From contig CAZQQT010000003.1 in NCBI GenBank assembly GCA_964595645.1, forward strand, positions 32,001 through 96,000: a stretch of DNA of 64,000 nucleotides, in the 5' to 3' direction. Below the pieces are notes generated by a model that saw nothing but the letters and a program-made list of their open reading frames with translations, did not search any database and was not told the DNA's origin. A program made the position numbers and the translations under genes. The DNA is from an uncultured Thermococci archaeon (GTDB taxonomy: Archaea; Methanobacteriota_B; Thermococci; Methanofastidiosales; B48-G16). How positions within the stretch are numbered: the stretch's first letter is position 1; every line of letters begins with the position of its first letter. Of the stretch, positions 36,699 through 47,086 are shown piece by piece.

Positions 36699-37379
36699 AT
36701 GACTAAAATAATAGCTGTAAATGGAAGCCCAAAAAAAGAAAAAGGGAATACTTCTATGATATTGAAACCGTTTTTACAGGGTATAAAAGAAGCCGAAGCC
36801 GAGACTGAACTTTTTTACACCCATTCCATGAATTTAAAACCATGTACAGGTAAACTTATATGTTGGAATAAGACACCTGGTGAATGCTATATCGAAGATG
36901 ACATGCAGAAATTATATCCAAAATTAAGGAAAGCTGAGATACTTGTACTTGCCACACCAGTGTATATACCTCTACCAGCGAGATTTCAGAAGTTTATGAA
37001 TAGACTCGTTCCATTGATGGATCCGGTGTTGGAACGAAGAGACGGACGTACCAGAGCTACGTTGCGTGAGGATGTAAACCTGAAAAAATTTGTTCTCGTG
37101 TCCACCTCCGGGTGGTGGGAAAAAGAGAATATGGATACTGTAGTTCGAATAGTCAAAGAGCTTGCTGAAGATGCGAGTGTAGAATTTCCTACCCCTCTGT
37201 TGAGACCTCATTCCCACCTGATGAAAAAAGAAGGAAGAGTGACTGAGGAAGGTGAAAAAATAATAAAAGCTGCAAAAAGTGCTGGATATGAACTGATCAC
37301 AAAAGGAAATATAAGTAAAGCTACTGCAGAAAAAATCAGTCGACCACTCATCTCATTTGAAGACTATCTGCGGCGATAG
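36699..37379 (+). CDS. Flavodoxin-fold NAD(P)H-dependent FMN reductase family
   Basis: NGSPK..GNT, CTGKLICW....C, ATPVY. Confidence 0.85.
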   Translation: MTKIIAVNGSPKKEKGNTSMILKPFLQGIKEAEAETELFYTHSMNLKPCTGKLICWNKTPGECYIEDDMQKLYPKLRKAEILVLATPVYIPLPARFQKFMNRLVPLMDPVLERRDGRTRATLREDVNLKKFVLVSTSGWWEKENMDTVVRIVKELAEDASVEFPTPLLRPHSHLMKKEGRVTEEGEKIIKAAKSAGYELITKGNISKATAEKISRPLISFEDYLRR

Positions 37380-37720
37380 TGCTCCCCATTACAGCGGCGA
37401 TGAAAGTTTCACATTTTTTTCTGGGGACAGATGAGGAGAGGAGTTATATACATTCACGCTGGATGAGAAATACTTTGTGGATGATTAATAGCAACATGAG
37501 AGCAGGTATCCCTCCTGAAAAACATGATAGTGTTCTTACACACTATGGAGACGCTTTAAAATATAGGAAAGAGCTTTCTATGGACGATAAAAATCTTGAA
37601 CATCTTTTTCTCGTTGATAAGGAAGATTTCATTAGGTTTAAAGGAAAAGGATACGCAGAAAAGAAAAAAATCAAGAAAATACTAAAAATAAGTGAGCAAG
37701 GGTGCCACAAGAAGCAGTAG
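37379..37720 (+). CDS. Hypothetical protein (start uncertain)
   Basis: ORF only. Confidence 0.3.
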   Translation: MLPITAAMKVSHFFLGTDEERSYIHSRWMRNTLWMINSNMRAGIPPEKHDSVLTHYGDALKYRKELSMDDKNLEHLFLVDKEDFIRFKGKGYAEKKKIKKILKISEQGCHKKQ

Positions 37721-37850
37721 ATCGATCGTCTCCATGATAGTATTGTGAGAACTCCCAACAATATATTGGCGGCAGTTCTAGATGGATGATGGCAAAAGAA
37801 ATAAAAGGGAAAGAAATCGATGGTATCCATGATCTTGGGGAGAGGAGCAC

Positions 37851-39038
37851 ATGACAGATGACACGAAACTTACCACATTAGGGACCACATATAAGGATGC
37901 AGTACGGCGATGGCAGAGTTTCCATGGCTATACAATGCCAGCCAGCTTTACTACACCCATGGACGAGGTAATGGCGGCTTTGCAAAACGTTGTTATGTTC
38001 GATATTTCTGATATGTTGTATACTGTAGTATCAGGAGAAAATGTGCTAGAGTTCGCGCATAGACTCCAGGTACGAAAGTTCAACGACACACACGATCCCA
38101 AAAGAACTCCATATGGAAGATCAAAGTACACATTTTTTCTGGACGATGGATACGTAAAAGAAGATGGCATGATGGGGTTCTATGATGGAAAGTTGGTAAT
38201 TACGACGAATGTCTGCCTCAGGGAGGAGATGCTCGCCACCTATGGCCGTATTGCAGACGAAGTAGGAGGAGTGGAGATTGCAGATTGCACAGACACTATA
38301 TCCGCTATCTCTGTACAGGGGCGTAATCTAGAGGAGGTATTACCAGAGCTTTTCGATATTCGTCTCGATCGCTTCGCATTCACTGAAACGACCATCCGAG
38401 GATTAAAGACTCATGCACTCACAGGGAATGTCCATGGGGTATCCACAACCGTGTTTGACAAGCCGCTGGTATTTAAGTTGAGTTACGGCGTGAACGGTAT
38501 TGAAATCGTTGTAGACAAAGAGGACGGCCCTCAATTGTGGAATCACTTAGAGGGATTGGGAATAACGCCAGCTGCACAGATCGCACGGGATTGGCTGAGA
38601 ATAATCAAAGGGTACCCTCTCAATGGGAATGACTTCGGTCGCGATGAAAGGAAAACACCCCATGAACTCGGGTATGGGCATCTTGTTGAAAATACGGACT
38701 GTATTGGCTATAAAGAACCAAAAGAAGAGAGAGAGCGATATAAACGTGTAAGTTTTGTAGTCGATGGCGGCATAGGGCCATTACCTAGAAAAGGACATAC
38801 CCTCTTCGATGAAAGGGGTAACGAAATAGGGCATGTGACCTCCGGAGGACTGGCTCCGTTGCCAGCACATGCACACTCTCAGATCACGAAGAAGCGGGTT
38901 GGAATAGGATACGTAAAAAAAGGCTACAACGCACAAGGGGACTCTCTGTATGTTGATATCAGAGGAAAAAAACACAAAGCTGAGATTCAGAACCCCCCAT
39001 TGATAAAAGACAAGGACCTTAAACGATTAGAGATTTGA
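37851..39038 (+). CDS. Glycine cleavage T-like (aminomethyltransferase/folate-binding) protein
   Basis: FHGYTMP, MFDISDM, ISVQG, DWLRIIKGYPLNG, IGHVTSG, VDIRG. Confidence 0.8.
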   Translation: MTDDTKLTTLGTTYKDAVRRWQSFHGYTMPASFTTPMDEVMAALQNVVMFDISDMLYTVVSGENVLEFAHRLQVRKFNDTHDPKRTPYGRSKYTFFLDDGYVKEDGMMGFYDGKLVITTNVCLREEMLATYGRIADEVGGVEIADCTDTISAISVQGRNLEEVLPELFDIRLDRFAFTETTIRGLKTHALTGNVHGVSTTVFDKPLVFKLSYGVNGIEIVVDKEDGPQLWNHLEGLGITPAAQIARDWLRIIKGYPLNGNDFGRDERKTPHELGYGHLVENTDCIGYKEPKEERERYKRVSFVVDGGIGPLPRKGHTLFDERGNEIGHVTSGGLAPLPAHAHSQITKKRVGIGYVKKGYNAQGDSLYVDIRGKKHKAEIQNPPLIKDKDLKRLEI

Positions 39039-39060
39039 GCAGGTGTGAATGTTCCACTCG

Positions 39061-39930
39061 TTATTCTCGTACCAGAGGACGGGTGAGGCACGTGGGACCG
39101 CCCTGCCCTTTCCTACAGATCTCATTCCCTTTCATTTCCCACACTTCTGCTCCAGCATCCTCTAGTAACTGTTTCGTCCGTGGATTTCCCTCCACCATCA
39201 CGCACTGACGCGGTGCCACAGCAAGGACATTGCACCCCATGGTGTTAAACTCAGAGTCTGGAACATCAATCAGCTGAATACCTCTGTCACACAACGATTC
39301 ACGAAATGGAATGGGCATAAGTGGGGAGTAGACCACTGCGAGATCGTGGTCGATGGGACTGAAGATCGACATGAGATGAAAGACATCATCAGGGCCATAG
39401 TAGTGAGGCAGTGGAACGGTGATGACGTCAATGTTCGCGTCAAGCAGCGAACGAAGCTGGTGGATACCTTCATCGTCCGTCCGGTAGCTACGCCCCACAG
39501 CCACTGTTGTGTTGTCTATCCAGGTGACATCACCGCCTTCTAATCGGCCCGGATCATGAATTTTTCCTACTATCGATACTCCACATTCTTTAAGAGCTTC
39601 TCCATTGATTAATGGCTCGTAAATTCGTTCGTTCTTTCCCATATTGCATAGAACTACACCCGCAGGCGTCACAATTGTCGCGTCCCGGACGTACAGACTG
39701 TCGAGGCTGAGACGCTCGTCTCCAGGGAGAAAGTCGATTGTAATATTAAAGCGCTGTAACAATGTAAAAAAATCATTATATTCCTTCACAGCCTCAGTAT
39801 ACGAGGGCTTTTCCGTATACCCTAACCTATGCCATTGTGTATCAATATGTCTCTGATTCACAAACGCTTCCTGTGGTTTACGAAGCACCATGTGTGTGAT
39901 ACGCCCAACTTCAGATAACTGTCCATCCAT
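39061..39930 (-). CDS. Amidinotransferase superfamily (DDAH/arginine deiminase-like)
   Basis: YVRD, LEGGD, FHLMS, GGPTCLTRP. Confidence 0.88.
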   Translation of the reverse strand: MDGQLSEVGRITHMVLRKPQEAFVNQRHIDTQWHRLGYTEKPSYTEAVKEYNDFFTLLQRFNITIDFLPGDERLSLDSLYVRDATIVTPAGVVLCNMGKNERIYEPLINGEALKECGVSIVGKIHDPGRLEGGDVTWIDNTTVAVGRSYRTDDEGIHQLRSLLDANIDVITVPLPHYYGPDDVFHLMSIFSPIDHDLAVVYSPLMPIPFRESLCDRGIQLIDVPDSEFNTMGCNVLAVAPRQCVMVEGNPRTKQLLEDAGAEVWEMKGNEICRKGQGGPTCLTRPLVRE

Positions 39931-39985
39931 TCGTACTCACATTACACTCATTAATTTTATATGTTTCTCATTCCTTCGAAAAGTA

Positions 39986-40369
39986 ATGGTATCCACAGAT
40001 CCTAAAACAGTTGTATTACAGTTCAATGAGTGTATCAATAACCGTGATCTGGAAAATCTCGTGGCACTCATGACAGAGGATCATACCTTTATCGATGCGT
40101 CGGGAGATGCACTCCACGGGTGTGAGGAGATGAAGAACGCGTGGAAAACTTTTTTTGAGCAGTACCCGGGTTACCGCAATATCTTCTCGTATGTTGAGTC
40201 GAGGGGCGATTTCGTGATTATGATCGGACGTTCCGAGTGTACTGAGGGATCGTTGCGCGGATCTGCTATCTGGACTGCAGTAGTAGAGAATGGGCGCGTG
40301 GCAGAATGGTGTGTTTATGAGGACAGCGAAGAGATCCGTAAGAAGTTGGAGATCGATACAGAAAAATAA
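39986..40369 (+). CDS. SnoaL/NTF2-like protein
   Basis: FNECIN.RDL..L..LMTEDH.FID. Confidence 0.8.
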   Translation: MVSTDPKTVVLQFNECINNRDLENLVALMTEDHTFIDASGDALHGCEEMKNAWKTFFEQYPGYRNIFSYVESRGDFVIMIGRSECTEGSLRGSAIWTAVVENGRVAEWCVYEDSEEIRKKLEIDTEK

Positions 40370-40395
40370 AAAAAGGAGTGAAAAGTAACTATAGT

Positions 40396-41766
40396 ATGAA
40401 AGAATATGACATTCTGGTATTAGGTCATGGTTCTGCAGGATCAATTGTACAAAATGCAGTAATGCACGATATGAAAACAGCATTGGTAGACAAAGGGCCA
40501 CTGGGCGGTACCTGCTTGAATTTCGGATGCATTCCTTCTAAAATGATAATATACCCGGCAGATCGCATCGTTGAGATCCAGGAAGCCGAAAAACTCGGTA
40601 TCGATGCAGAGGTGAATGCCATAGCTTTCGAGAACATCATGGAACGGATGCGGAGAGTCATCCGTGACAGTCATGATCATATGAAAGGAATTGGGCAAGT
40701 TGAAGGTCTCGATTACCACAATGGAGAAGGACGGTTCGTCGATGAGTACACCGTAGAGGTTGGTGGTGAGACCCTTCGAGGGGAGAAAGTGTTCATTGGT
40801 ACCGGTGCACGTCCCTTAATTCCTCCAATAAACGGCATTGACGAGATTGAGTATCTGACCAATGAGACTGTATTCGATCTCACCGAACGGCCAGAGAGCA
40901 TCGCAATTGTCGGTGGCGGTTATGTTGCCGTTGAGTTTGCCCATTTCTTCTCGGCTGTTGGTACAGCAGTGACTATTCTCCAGCGGGGAAAGCGATTGAT
41001 AAAAAATGCCGAGCCCGAAATCTCAGAGCTGTTACAGAAAAAGCTGGAGGAACGAATGAATGTCTATACCAATACCGAGGTTGTTGAAGTTAAAAAAGAA
41101 GGAGACAGCATTGTTGTAGTAGGTAAGGATACGAATACCGGTGGAGAACGAACTGTCACCGTAGAAAAAGTGTTGGTTGCAGCAGGCAGGAGGTCCAACG
41201 CCGATCTCTTAAACGTAGAAAATACCGGTGTAGAGACAGATCAACGAGGATACATCAAGGTCAATGAGTATTTAGAGACGAGCAAAGCGAATATCTGGGC
41301 GTTGGGAGATGCAACGGGGCAGCATATGTTCAAACACGTTGCCAATGAAGAGGCCATGGTTGCGTGGAACAACGCTATGAACGACGAAAAAATAACGGTG
41401 AACTATAATACTGTCCCCTACGCAATTTTTACTCGCCCTCAGATTGCCGCCGTGGGAATGACAGAAGAAGACGCCAGAGGGGATCATGATATACTTGTCG
41501 GTCGTGCGTCGTACCTCGATGTGGCAAAGGGCGAGGCGATGGTAGAGAAGGACGGATTTGCAAAGGCTATCGTTGAGAGGGAATCACGGAAGATTCTCGG
41601 GTTTCATATCATCGGTCCCTATGCCCCTCTTCTCATACAGGAGGTAACTGATATCATGGCACTGAATGGAACGGTCGGCCATCTTGGCGTGGGGATGCAT
41701 ATTCACCCAGCACTCTCTGAACTTATCCTTGAGACACTCGGAAACCTTAAACCGCCTTCCGAATAA
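40396..41766 (+). CDS. Dihydrolipoamide dehydrogenase / mycothione reductase-like flavoprotein
   Basis: GGTCLNFGCIPSK, GGGYVAVE, HIHPALSE. Confidence 0.9.
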   Translation: MKEYDILVLGHGSAGSIVQNAVMHDMKTALVDKGPLGGTCLNFGCIPSKMIIYPADRIVEIQEAEKLGIDAEVNAIAFENIMERMRRVIRDSHDHMKGIGQVEGLDYHNGEGRFVDEYTVEVGGETLRGEKVFIGTGARPLIPPINGIDEIEYLTNETVFDLTERPESIAIVGGGYVAVEFAHFFSAVGTAVTILQRGKRLIKNAEPEISELLQKKLEERMNVYTNTEVVEVKKEGDSIVVVGKDTNTGGERTVTVEKVLVAAGRRSNADLLNVENTGVETDQRGYIKVNEYLETSKANIWALGDATGQHMFKHVANEEAMVAWNNAMNDEKITVNYNTVPYAIFTRPQIAAVGMTEEDARGDHDILVGRASYLDVAKGEAMVEKDGFAKAIVERESRKILGFHIIGPYAPLLIQEVTDIMALNGTVGHLGVGMHIHPALSELILETLGNLKPPSE

Positions 41767-41775
41767 AGGAAGAAA

Positions 41776-43563
41776 TTAAAGGAGCGCCTCAAGCTGATCG
41801 ACGAACTCCTTGTACTGTTGCATACCGAGCTGCCAGAACTCTGGCTCTGTGAGATCGAATCCCGCGAGAGCAACTAGCTCTTTTGGCGATTTACTGCCGC
41901 CGGCAGCAAGGATTTTCTTTAGTGTCGGAACAAATTCTTCTCCTTCTTTCGTATAGATCTGGTACAGACTCCAGACTAAGAGTTGTGCGGCTACATAGGG
42001 GAAGTTGTAGTAACGGAAGTTGGGCAGATAGTAATGCGGTTTCATGGCGTACTCCCATTTCATCTCATCAAACCATTCTATCGCGTCACCATAGACCTTG
42101 TCTCGCCCCTTCATCCAGTACTGTGCTTGTGTTTCTCCATCAAGGTACTCTTCCCGTTCTATCGCATCGTACATATGCGTTTCGAACCAGTACCTCGCCG
42201 ATACTTGGAATATTGCCATTCCTGCACCATCGAGGATATGAGCTAGTATTGCCTGTTTTTTTTCTTTTTGCTCAGCCTTTTTAAGAAGGAGCTCTGTCAG
42301 CAGTAATTCTCCAAAAATACTTGCTGTTTCTGCGATTATCATGCCGCTGTGTGCACTGAGGAAGGTCTGGGCTCTTTGTGCGTAGTAATTATGGGTTGCG
42401 TGACCCAGTTCATGTGCGAGGGTGTAGAGATCTCCAAGGGACTCCCCGTAACTCTGGAGGATGTACGATGTTGTTCCTCCATACCATGAGCTGCAGAACG
42501 CACCGTTCCGTTTTCCCATACGAATACTCGCGTCGATATGATTTTTTGCAAACATTTCCTTTACTGCAGAGGCATATTCATCACCGAATTCCTCATATGC
42601 TTTTTTTATTAGTTCTTTCGCTTGTTCGTATCCTATCTTTTCTCTGGGTGCATTGGGCAATGGCGCCACGATATCCCAGCACGACAATTTTTTCACTCCA
42701 AGTATTTGTGCCTTTATTTTTAGGTACCTGCGATACAGTGCTATATTTTGTTCCACTACATTCATCAGGTTTTTAAGGGTCTCATACTCGATGTCATTTA
42801 CTATCAATGCCTTCTCCACCGGCCTCTCGTACTTTCTTCTTTCTACGATATTCATCCAATCAGCAGCGATGTTCCTCAGTGCACTTGCATACACAATTTT
42901 ATCTTCACCTAATCCTGTATATATTGCTTTATATGCTGATTCTCGTGTTTTTCTATCAGGGTGATCTAGCAGATTATTTGCCTCCCCATAGGAAATCTCT
43001 TTCTTCTCTCCTTCTACTTCAACCTCAAACGTTCTTGTGTTGAGCCATTCACTCTGTAACTGTGACCACGCTTTTATCCCATACTGATCCTTTTCTATAA
43101 TCAGTTGCTCCTCTGTTTCTGATAACTGGTGTGGAACCTCTCGCTTCAATTTCTCCAGGTAATGTCTATATGCTTCCAGCACTGGATCTTCTACCAGATC
43201 TTTCTCACTGTCTATTCGTTTTCCCAGTTCCAGATCAACGAATGCGAGTTTTTTGTTCAGTTCTGCTCCCATTTCTTTCGTTCGATTGTACAATCGTTGA
43301 TTTTCCGGTACAGTCATATTTGCTGAAAAGGAGAGATATCCAAATGTTTCTACCCTTTCAAGTGGTATTTTTATCTCTTCCAATGTTTCCAATAGTTTTT
43401 TTATTTTTTGAGGACCAAAACCCTCTTTATCAATTTCTCCTTTGCACTCTTCAACAAATTTTTCAGCTGTTTTCCTTATTTTTTCTATTTTTCCGTCTAT
43501 TTTTGAGTCTTTTGGAGATGAAAACATCTCTGTTAAGTCCCATGCTATTTCTTCTTTCTCCAT
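41776..43563 (-). CDS. pepF: Oligoendopeptidase F (M3B)
   Basis: WDL N-terminus, GKRNGAFC, HELGH, AETAS, YYNFPY. Confidence 0.92.
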   Translation of the reverse strand: MEKEEIAWDLTEMFSSPKDSKIDGKIEKIRKTAEKFVEECKGEIDKEGFGPQKIKKLLETLEEIKIPLERVETFGYLSFSANMTVPENQRLYNRTKEMGAELNKKLAFVDLELGKRIDSEKDLVEDPVLEAYRHYLEKLKREVPHQLSETEEQLIIEKDQYGIKAWSQLQSEWLNTRTFEVEVEGEKKEISYGEANNLLDHPDRKTRESAYKAIYTGLGEDKIVYASALRNIAADWMNIVERRKYERPVEKALIVNDIEYETLKNLMNVVEQNIALYRRYLKIKAQILGVKKLSCWDIVAPLPNAPREKIGYEQAKELIKKAYEEFGDEYASAVKEMFAKNHIDASIRMGKRNGAFCSSWYGGTTSYILQSYGESLGDLYTLAHELGHATHNYYAQRAQTFLSAHSGMIIAETASIFGELLLTELLLKKAEQKEKKQAILAHILDGAGMAIFQVSARYWFETHMYDAIEREEYLDGETQAQYWMKGRDKVYGDAIEWFDEMKWEYAMKPHYYLPNFRYYNFPYVAAQLLVWSLYQIYTKEGEEFVPTLKKILAAGGSKSPKELVALAGFDLTEPEFWQLGMQQYKEFVDQLEALL

Positions 43564-43649
43564 GCACTCACCATTTATCTGTGAGGGGATGAGAATAAAA
43601 AAATTGTCATATACCAAACCTTTTTTACGCTACTACAAAATTAGTCAAT

Positions 43650-44372
43650 ATGCCACAAAATTTCCACTATCTAAACGAGATGAGGATGGATGAGTTACGA
43701 GATCCATCTCAGTATATCTTCTTTTTGCCTGTAGGAATAAGTGAGGGCCATGGGCGGCATCTCCCCATTGGAACGGACACAATACAAGCAGAGTACGTTA
43801 CAGCGAAGGTTGCTGAGAGGCTCAGCTACATATCTGTCATTGCCCCCACATTACATTACGGCCACTGCAGAGAGACGTCTCCTCTCCCCGGCACACTCTC
43901 AATTTCCTTTGACACCCTCCAACGAGTCACCTACGACATACTCGACCATGCATGCGCACAAGGATTTGAGAGACTAGTACTCATCTCAGGACACGCTGGA
44001 AGAACGCATATGGCTGCGTTGAAACTTGCATGTGAGCGAAGTGTAGACGAGCATAATGTATCAATACTTTTATTGTCTGATTATGATTTTGCCTACGATT
44101 TCAAGGGAGATCTTGTTCCTGAAACAGACGGTCATGGAGGCGAGATAGAGACAGCCAGAGTACTAGATATCCGGGGTGATCTTGTGAGAGAAGATCGACC
44201 TTCGGCAGCAGTTGAGTACCCTCGGTTTCAAGTAATGAAGGATCCAGCCGCGTATTTTTCTGAAGGCGTTATTGGTGATCCTGGTCCGGCCACGAAGGAG
44301 GAAGGAAAGAGAATCAACGAGTATGTGATCGATAGTATTGTTGAATTACTGGAAGCAACGTGGCAACCATAA
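43650..44372 (+). CDS. Creatininase family protein
   Basis: EGHGRHLPIGTD, SGHAG, GHGGEIET, GVIGDP. Confidence 0.88.
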   Translation: MPQNFHYLNEMRMDELRDPSQYIFFLPVGISEGHGRHLPIGTDTIQAEYVTAKVAERLSYISVIAPTLHYGHCRETSPLPGTLSISFDTLQRVTYDILDHACAQGFERLVLISGHAGRTHMAALKLACERSVDEHNVSILLLSDYDFAYDFKGDLVPETDGHGGEIETARVLDIRGDLVREDRPSAAVEYPRFQVMKDPAAYFSEGVIGDPGPATKEEGKRINEYVIDSIVELLEATWQP

Positions 44373-44405
44373 CATTTTAAAAGTACTCCTCGTGGACATG
44401 GGTCA

Positions 44406-45629
44406 ATGGGGCGTGTAAGAAAAGAGATCACCGATTATCTCAATCGTCTGAAGTCCTTTTCAAAAAATTCAAAACTATTCTTAGGAAGTTACGCGTTAGT
44501 ACGAATAGGGTGGGGCATTTTTCGGGTGATCTTTAATCTTTATATCCTGGAATTGGGATACTCAGGAGGATTTCTCGGCGCATTAATCTCTACAAACCTC
44601 GTTGCCTCAGCACTTTTTCTTTTTCCTGGAGGAGCAATCTCTGATCGAATTGGACGACAAAAAACCTTGTTGATTGCCACCATACTGATGTCAGGGTCGA
44701 TTCTCACGTTGGCTACAATGCAGGAGAGATATCTCCTTTTATTGGCAAACGGGGTGAGAGGAATTTCACGATCACTTTTTAGGACGACAGTAGCACCGCT
44801 TATGATGGAACAGAGTGATGATTATGAACGAATGCATCTTTTCTCTGTTACCGCCGCGTTACGAAGCTTTTCAGCGATGATTGGGAATCTTCTCGGCGGA
44901 TTTCTTCCCCCTCTTTTCGCAGCCATCATCGTGGGGGGCCTTTCAGTGCAGTACCAGTTCACTTGGGGCATGGCAGGCGCATTGATATTAGTGGCATCTA
45001 TCCCACTTATTTTTATCAAAGAAGGAAAGAAAATTAGAAAAAAAGTACAAATTTCTCCTCAAAAGCTATTTTCAGGCAAACGAAGCTTTGTACTACAGTT
45101 TACTCTCTGCAGTATTATCATCGGACTGGGTGCAGGTATTATTGTCCCATACTTCAATGTGTATTTCTCCGAGGTACTCCACGCAACATCGGGACAAATT
45201 GGGATGATGTTCTCGGCCGGTGCACTAACTATGACGATCGCTTCATTAATTCTCCCCCTCTCGGTACGACGACTGGGACGGGTACGTTCTACGGTGTTAA
45301 CACGATATCTCTCTATTCCTTTCCTTCTATTGATGATGATAGCGGTTACCCTGCCCGTTGCATTTATTGGATATTTCATGCGGATGACACTGATGAATGT
45401 CTCCCATCCTGCCCAGCGAAACTTCTATATGGATCACATCGTAGCACATGAGCGAGGGAAGGCAAATGGTGTCGCTCAGTTTGGAGCTACTATCTTCCGG
45501 GCTGCAGGCTCCAAGATAGGAGGATTCTTAATTGATACTGGGAACTTTTCCCGAGCATTCCAGTTTACAGCTGTCATGTACACAGTAGGTACAAGTGTGT
45601 TCTATTCATTTTTCAGGAAAAAAGAGTAG
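44406..45629 (+). CDS. MFS transporter
   Basis: GAISDRIGRQ motif A; 12 TM helices. Confidence 0.9.
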   Translation: MGRVRKEITDYLNRLKSFSKNSKLFLGSYALVRIGWGIFRVIFNLYILELGYSGGFLGALISTNLVASALFLFPGGAISDRIGRQKTLLIATILMSGSILTLATMQERYLLLLANGVRGISRSLFRTTVAPLMMEQSDDYERMHLFSVTAALRSFSAMIGNLLGGFLPPLFAAIIVGGLSVQYQFTWGMAGALILVASIPLIFIKEGKKIRKKVQISPQKLFSGKRSFVLQFTLCSIIIGLGAGIIVPYFNVYFSEVLHATSGQIGMMFSAGALTMTIASLILPLSVRRLGRVRSTVLTRYLSIPFLLLMMIAVTLPVAFIGYFMRMTLMNVSHPAQRNFYMDHIVAHERGKANGVAQFGATIFRAAGSKIGGFLIDTGNFSRAFQFTAVMYTVGTSVFYSFFRKKE

Positions 45630-45664
45630 AAAAATATATAAGGTAAAAAGAAGAACAATATTAT

Positions 45665-46357
45665 ATGCAACACATAAAAAAGGCTGTTTACGTGACATTT
45701 CTGTTCATGTTCCTTTTTTTAGCATCTGCAAGAGCTTCATGGGTAGAAATATGGTTGGAAGAGGGTGAGTGTAGTGATGCAACATTTTACTCTGGTGACA
45801 CCGTGTACTTCTATTTTCAAGCTGAAAGAGATTGCAACGCTACGGTAATATTGGAGACACCCTGGGTAGAGAAGACATTAGTAGAGCGTACGGAACTAAG
45901 AGCATGCAGAATATATCGCACCTATTACGATATTGGTGTAGGAGTTACACGGTCGGACTGGTGGGAGTTACGAATTGAAGCTGAAGACGCTACAGGACAT
46001 ATAGTAGTGGCAACATGTACCTTCTACGTCCCTGTGAAAAAGCCAACAACAACGCCACCTTCTACCACGCCGCCAGAAACAACGACCCCTCCACCCACAA
46101 CAGCTCCTCCAACAACGAGTGCGCCAACGACCTCACCACCTACCACTGCACCTCCCACAACACTTGCACCCACCACCGTATCCCCGAGTTCACCAACAGA
46201 ACCTCCCCCTACGATACAACCGACAACGTTGGCTCCACGTGCGTATTCCCCTCCTACAACGGCACCGCCACGGTATACGCCCCTCCTTCTTGCAGGAGTA
46301 TTGTCAGCTGCTGTGGTCTTCATCATGCTCTACCTCCTGCTCATGAAAAGACCGTAA
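45665..46357 (+). CDS. Secreted Ig-like protein with Thr/Pro linker and C-terminal anchor
   Basis: Signal peptide, PPTT repeats, terminal TM followed by KRP. Confidence 0.75.
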   Translation: MQHIKKAVYVTFLFMFLFLASARASWVEIWLEEGECSDATFYSGDTVYFYFQAERDCNATVILETPWVEKTLVERTELRACRIYRTYYDIGVGVTRSDWWELRIEAEDATGHIVVATCTFYVPVKKPTTTPPSTTPPETTTPPPTTAPPTTSAPTTSPPTTAPPTTLAPTTVSPSSPTEPPPTIQPTTLAPRAYSPPTTAPPRYTPLLLAGVLSAAVVFIMLYLLLMKRP

Positions 46358-46411
46358 CCTATGAGCAGCGAAAAGAATAACACAATGTATATAAATTACA
46401 CAACTGTAGGT

Positions 46412-47086
46412 ATGACAATGGTATGTAGAAAGTTGAGAATCGCAGATATTGTCGGCGGTAAATGGGACGAAGAGACACGATCTCTCAGCACAATCTTAGG
46501 GGAGACAACAGAAGTGCGGGCCTTTGGAACAGTGATGGATAAGTTTATTTCAGAGGATGAAAATTACTCTCATCTCATTCTCGATGACGGAACAGAGACG
46601 ATACGAATCAAGACGTGGCGAGACGATGTGGAGAGACTGAACGGCATCGAAAAGGGTGATATTGTAGATGTTATTGGACGGCTGAGTTACTATAATGAAG
46701 AAATTTACATATCGCCGAAGATAGTGAAGAAGATTCCCTACAATTTCTGGCTTTTACGTCATCTAGAAATAGTAGAACTCCTCGAAACACTCCCCGAAGA
46801 AGAGCGGGAAATAGAGAAAATCGACGAATCTAAAGAGCCAGAAGAAGAGATTGTGACTGAGGATGTAGCGAAAACAGAGGAAGTAGACGAGGTAGATATC
46901 CTCGATACTGACGAAACGGCAAAAACGATACTCGAGCTTCTGGATTCCGAAGAATTAAGTAGAGACGAGATCGTTGAGAGGACAGCGTTCGATGAGATCG
47001 ATGTTGAATTGGCACTTCGAGAACTTATAGATGAAGAAAAAATAGAAGAGAAAGAAGGAAAGTTTATGGCAGTATCACAGCAGTAA
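46412..47086 (+). CDS. Replication protein A subunit RPA2-like (OB fold + winged helix)
   Basis: LDDGTETIRIK, GDIVDVIG, acidic linker, C-terminal WH. Confidence 0.8.
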   Translation: MTMVCRKLRIADIVGGKWDEETRSLSTILGETTEVRAFGTVMDKFISEDENYSHLILDDGTETIRIKTWRDDVERLNGIEKGDIVDVIGRLSYYNEEIYISPKIVKKIPYNFWLLRHLEIVELLETLPEEEREIEKIDESKEPEEEIVTEDVAKTEEVDEVDILDTDETAKTILELLDSEELSRDEIVERTAFDEIDVELALRELIDEEKIEEKEGKFMAVSQQ

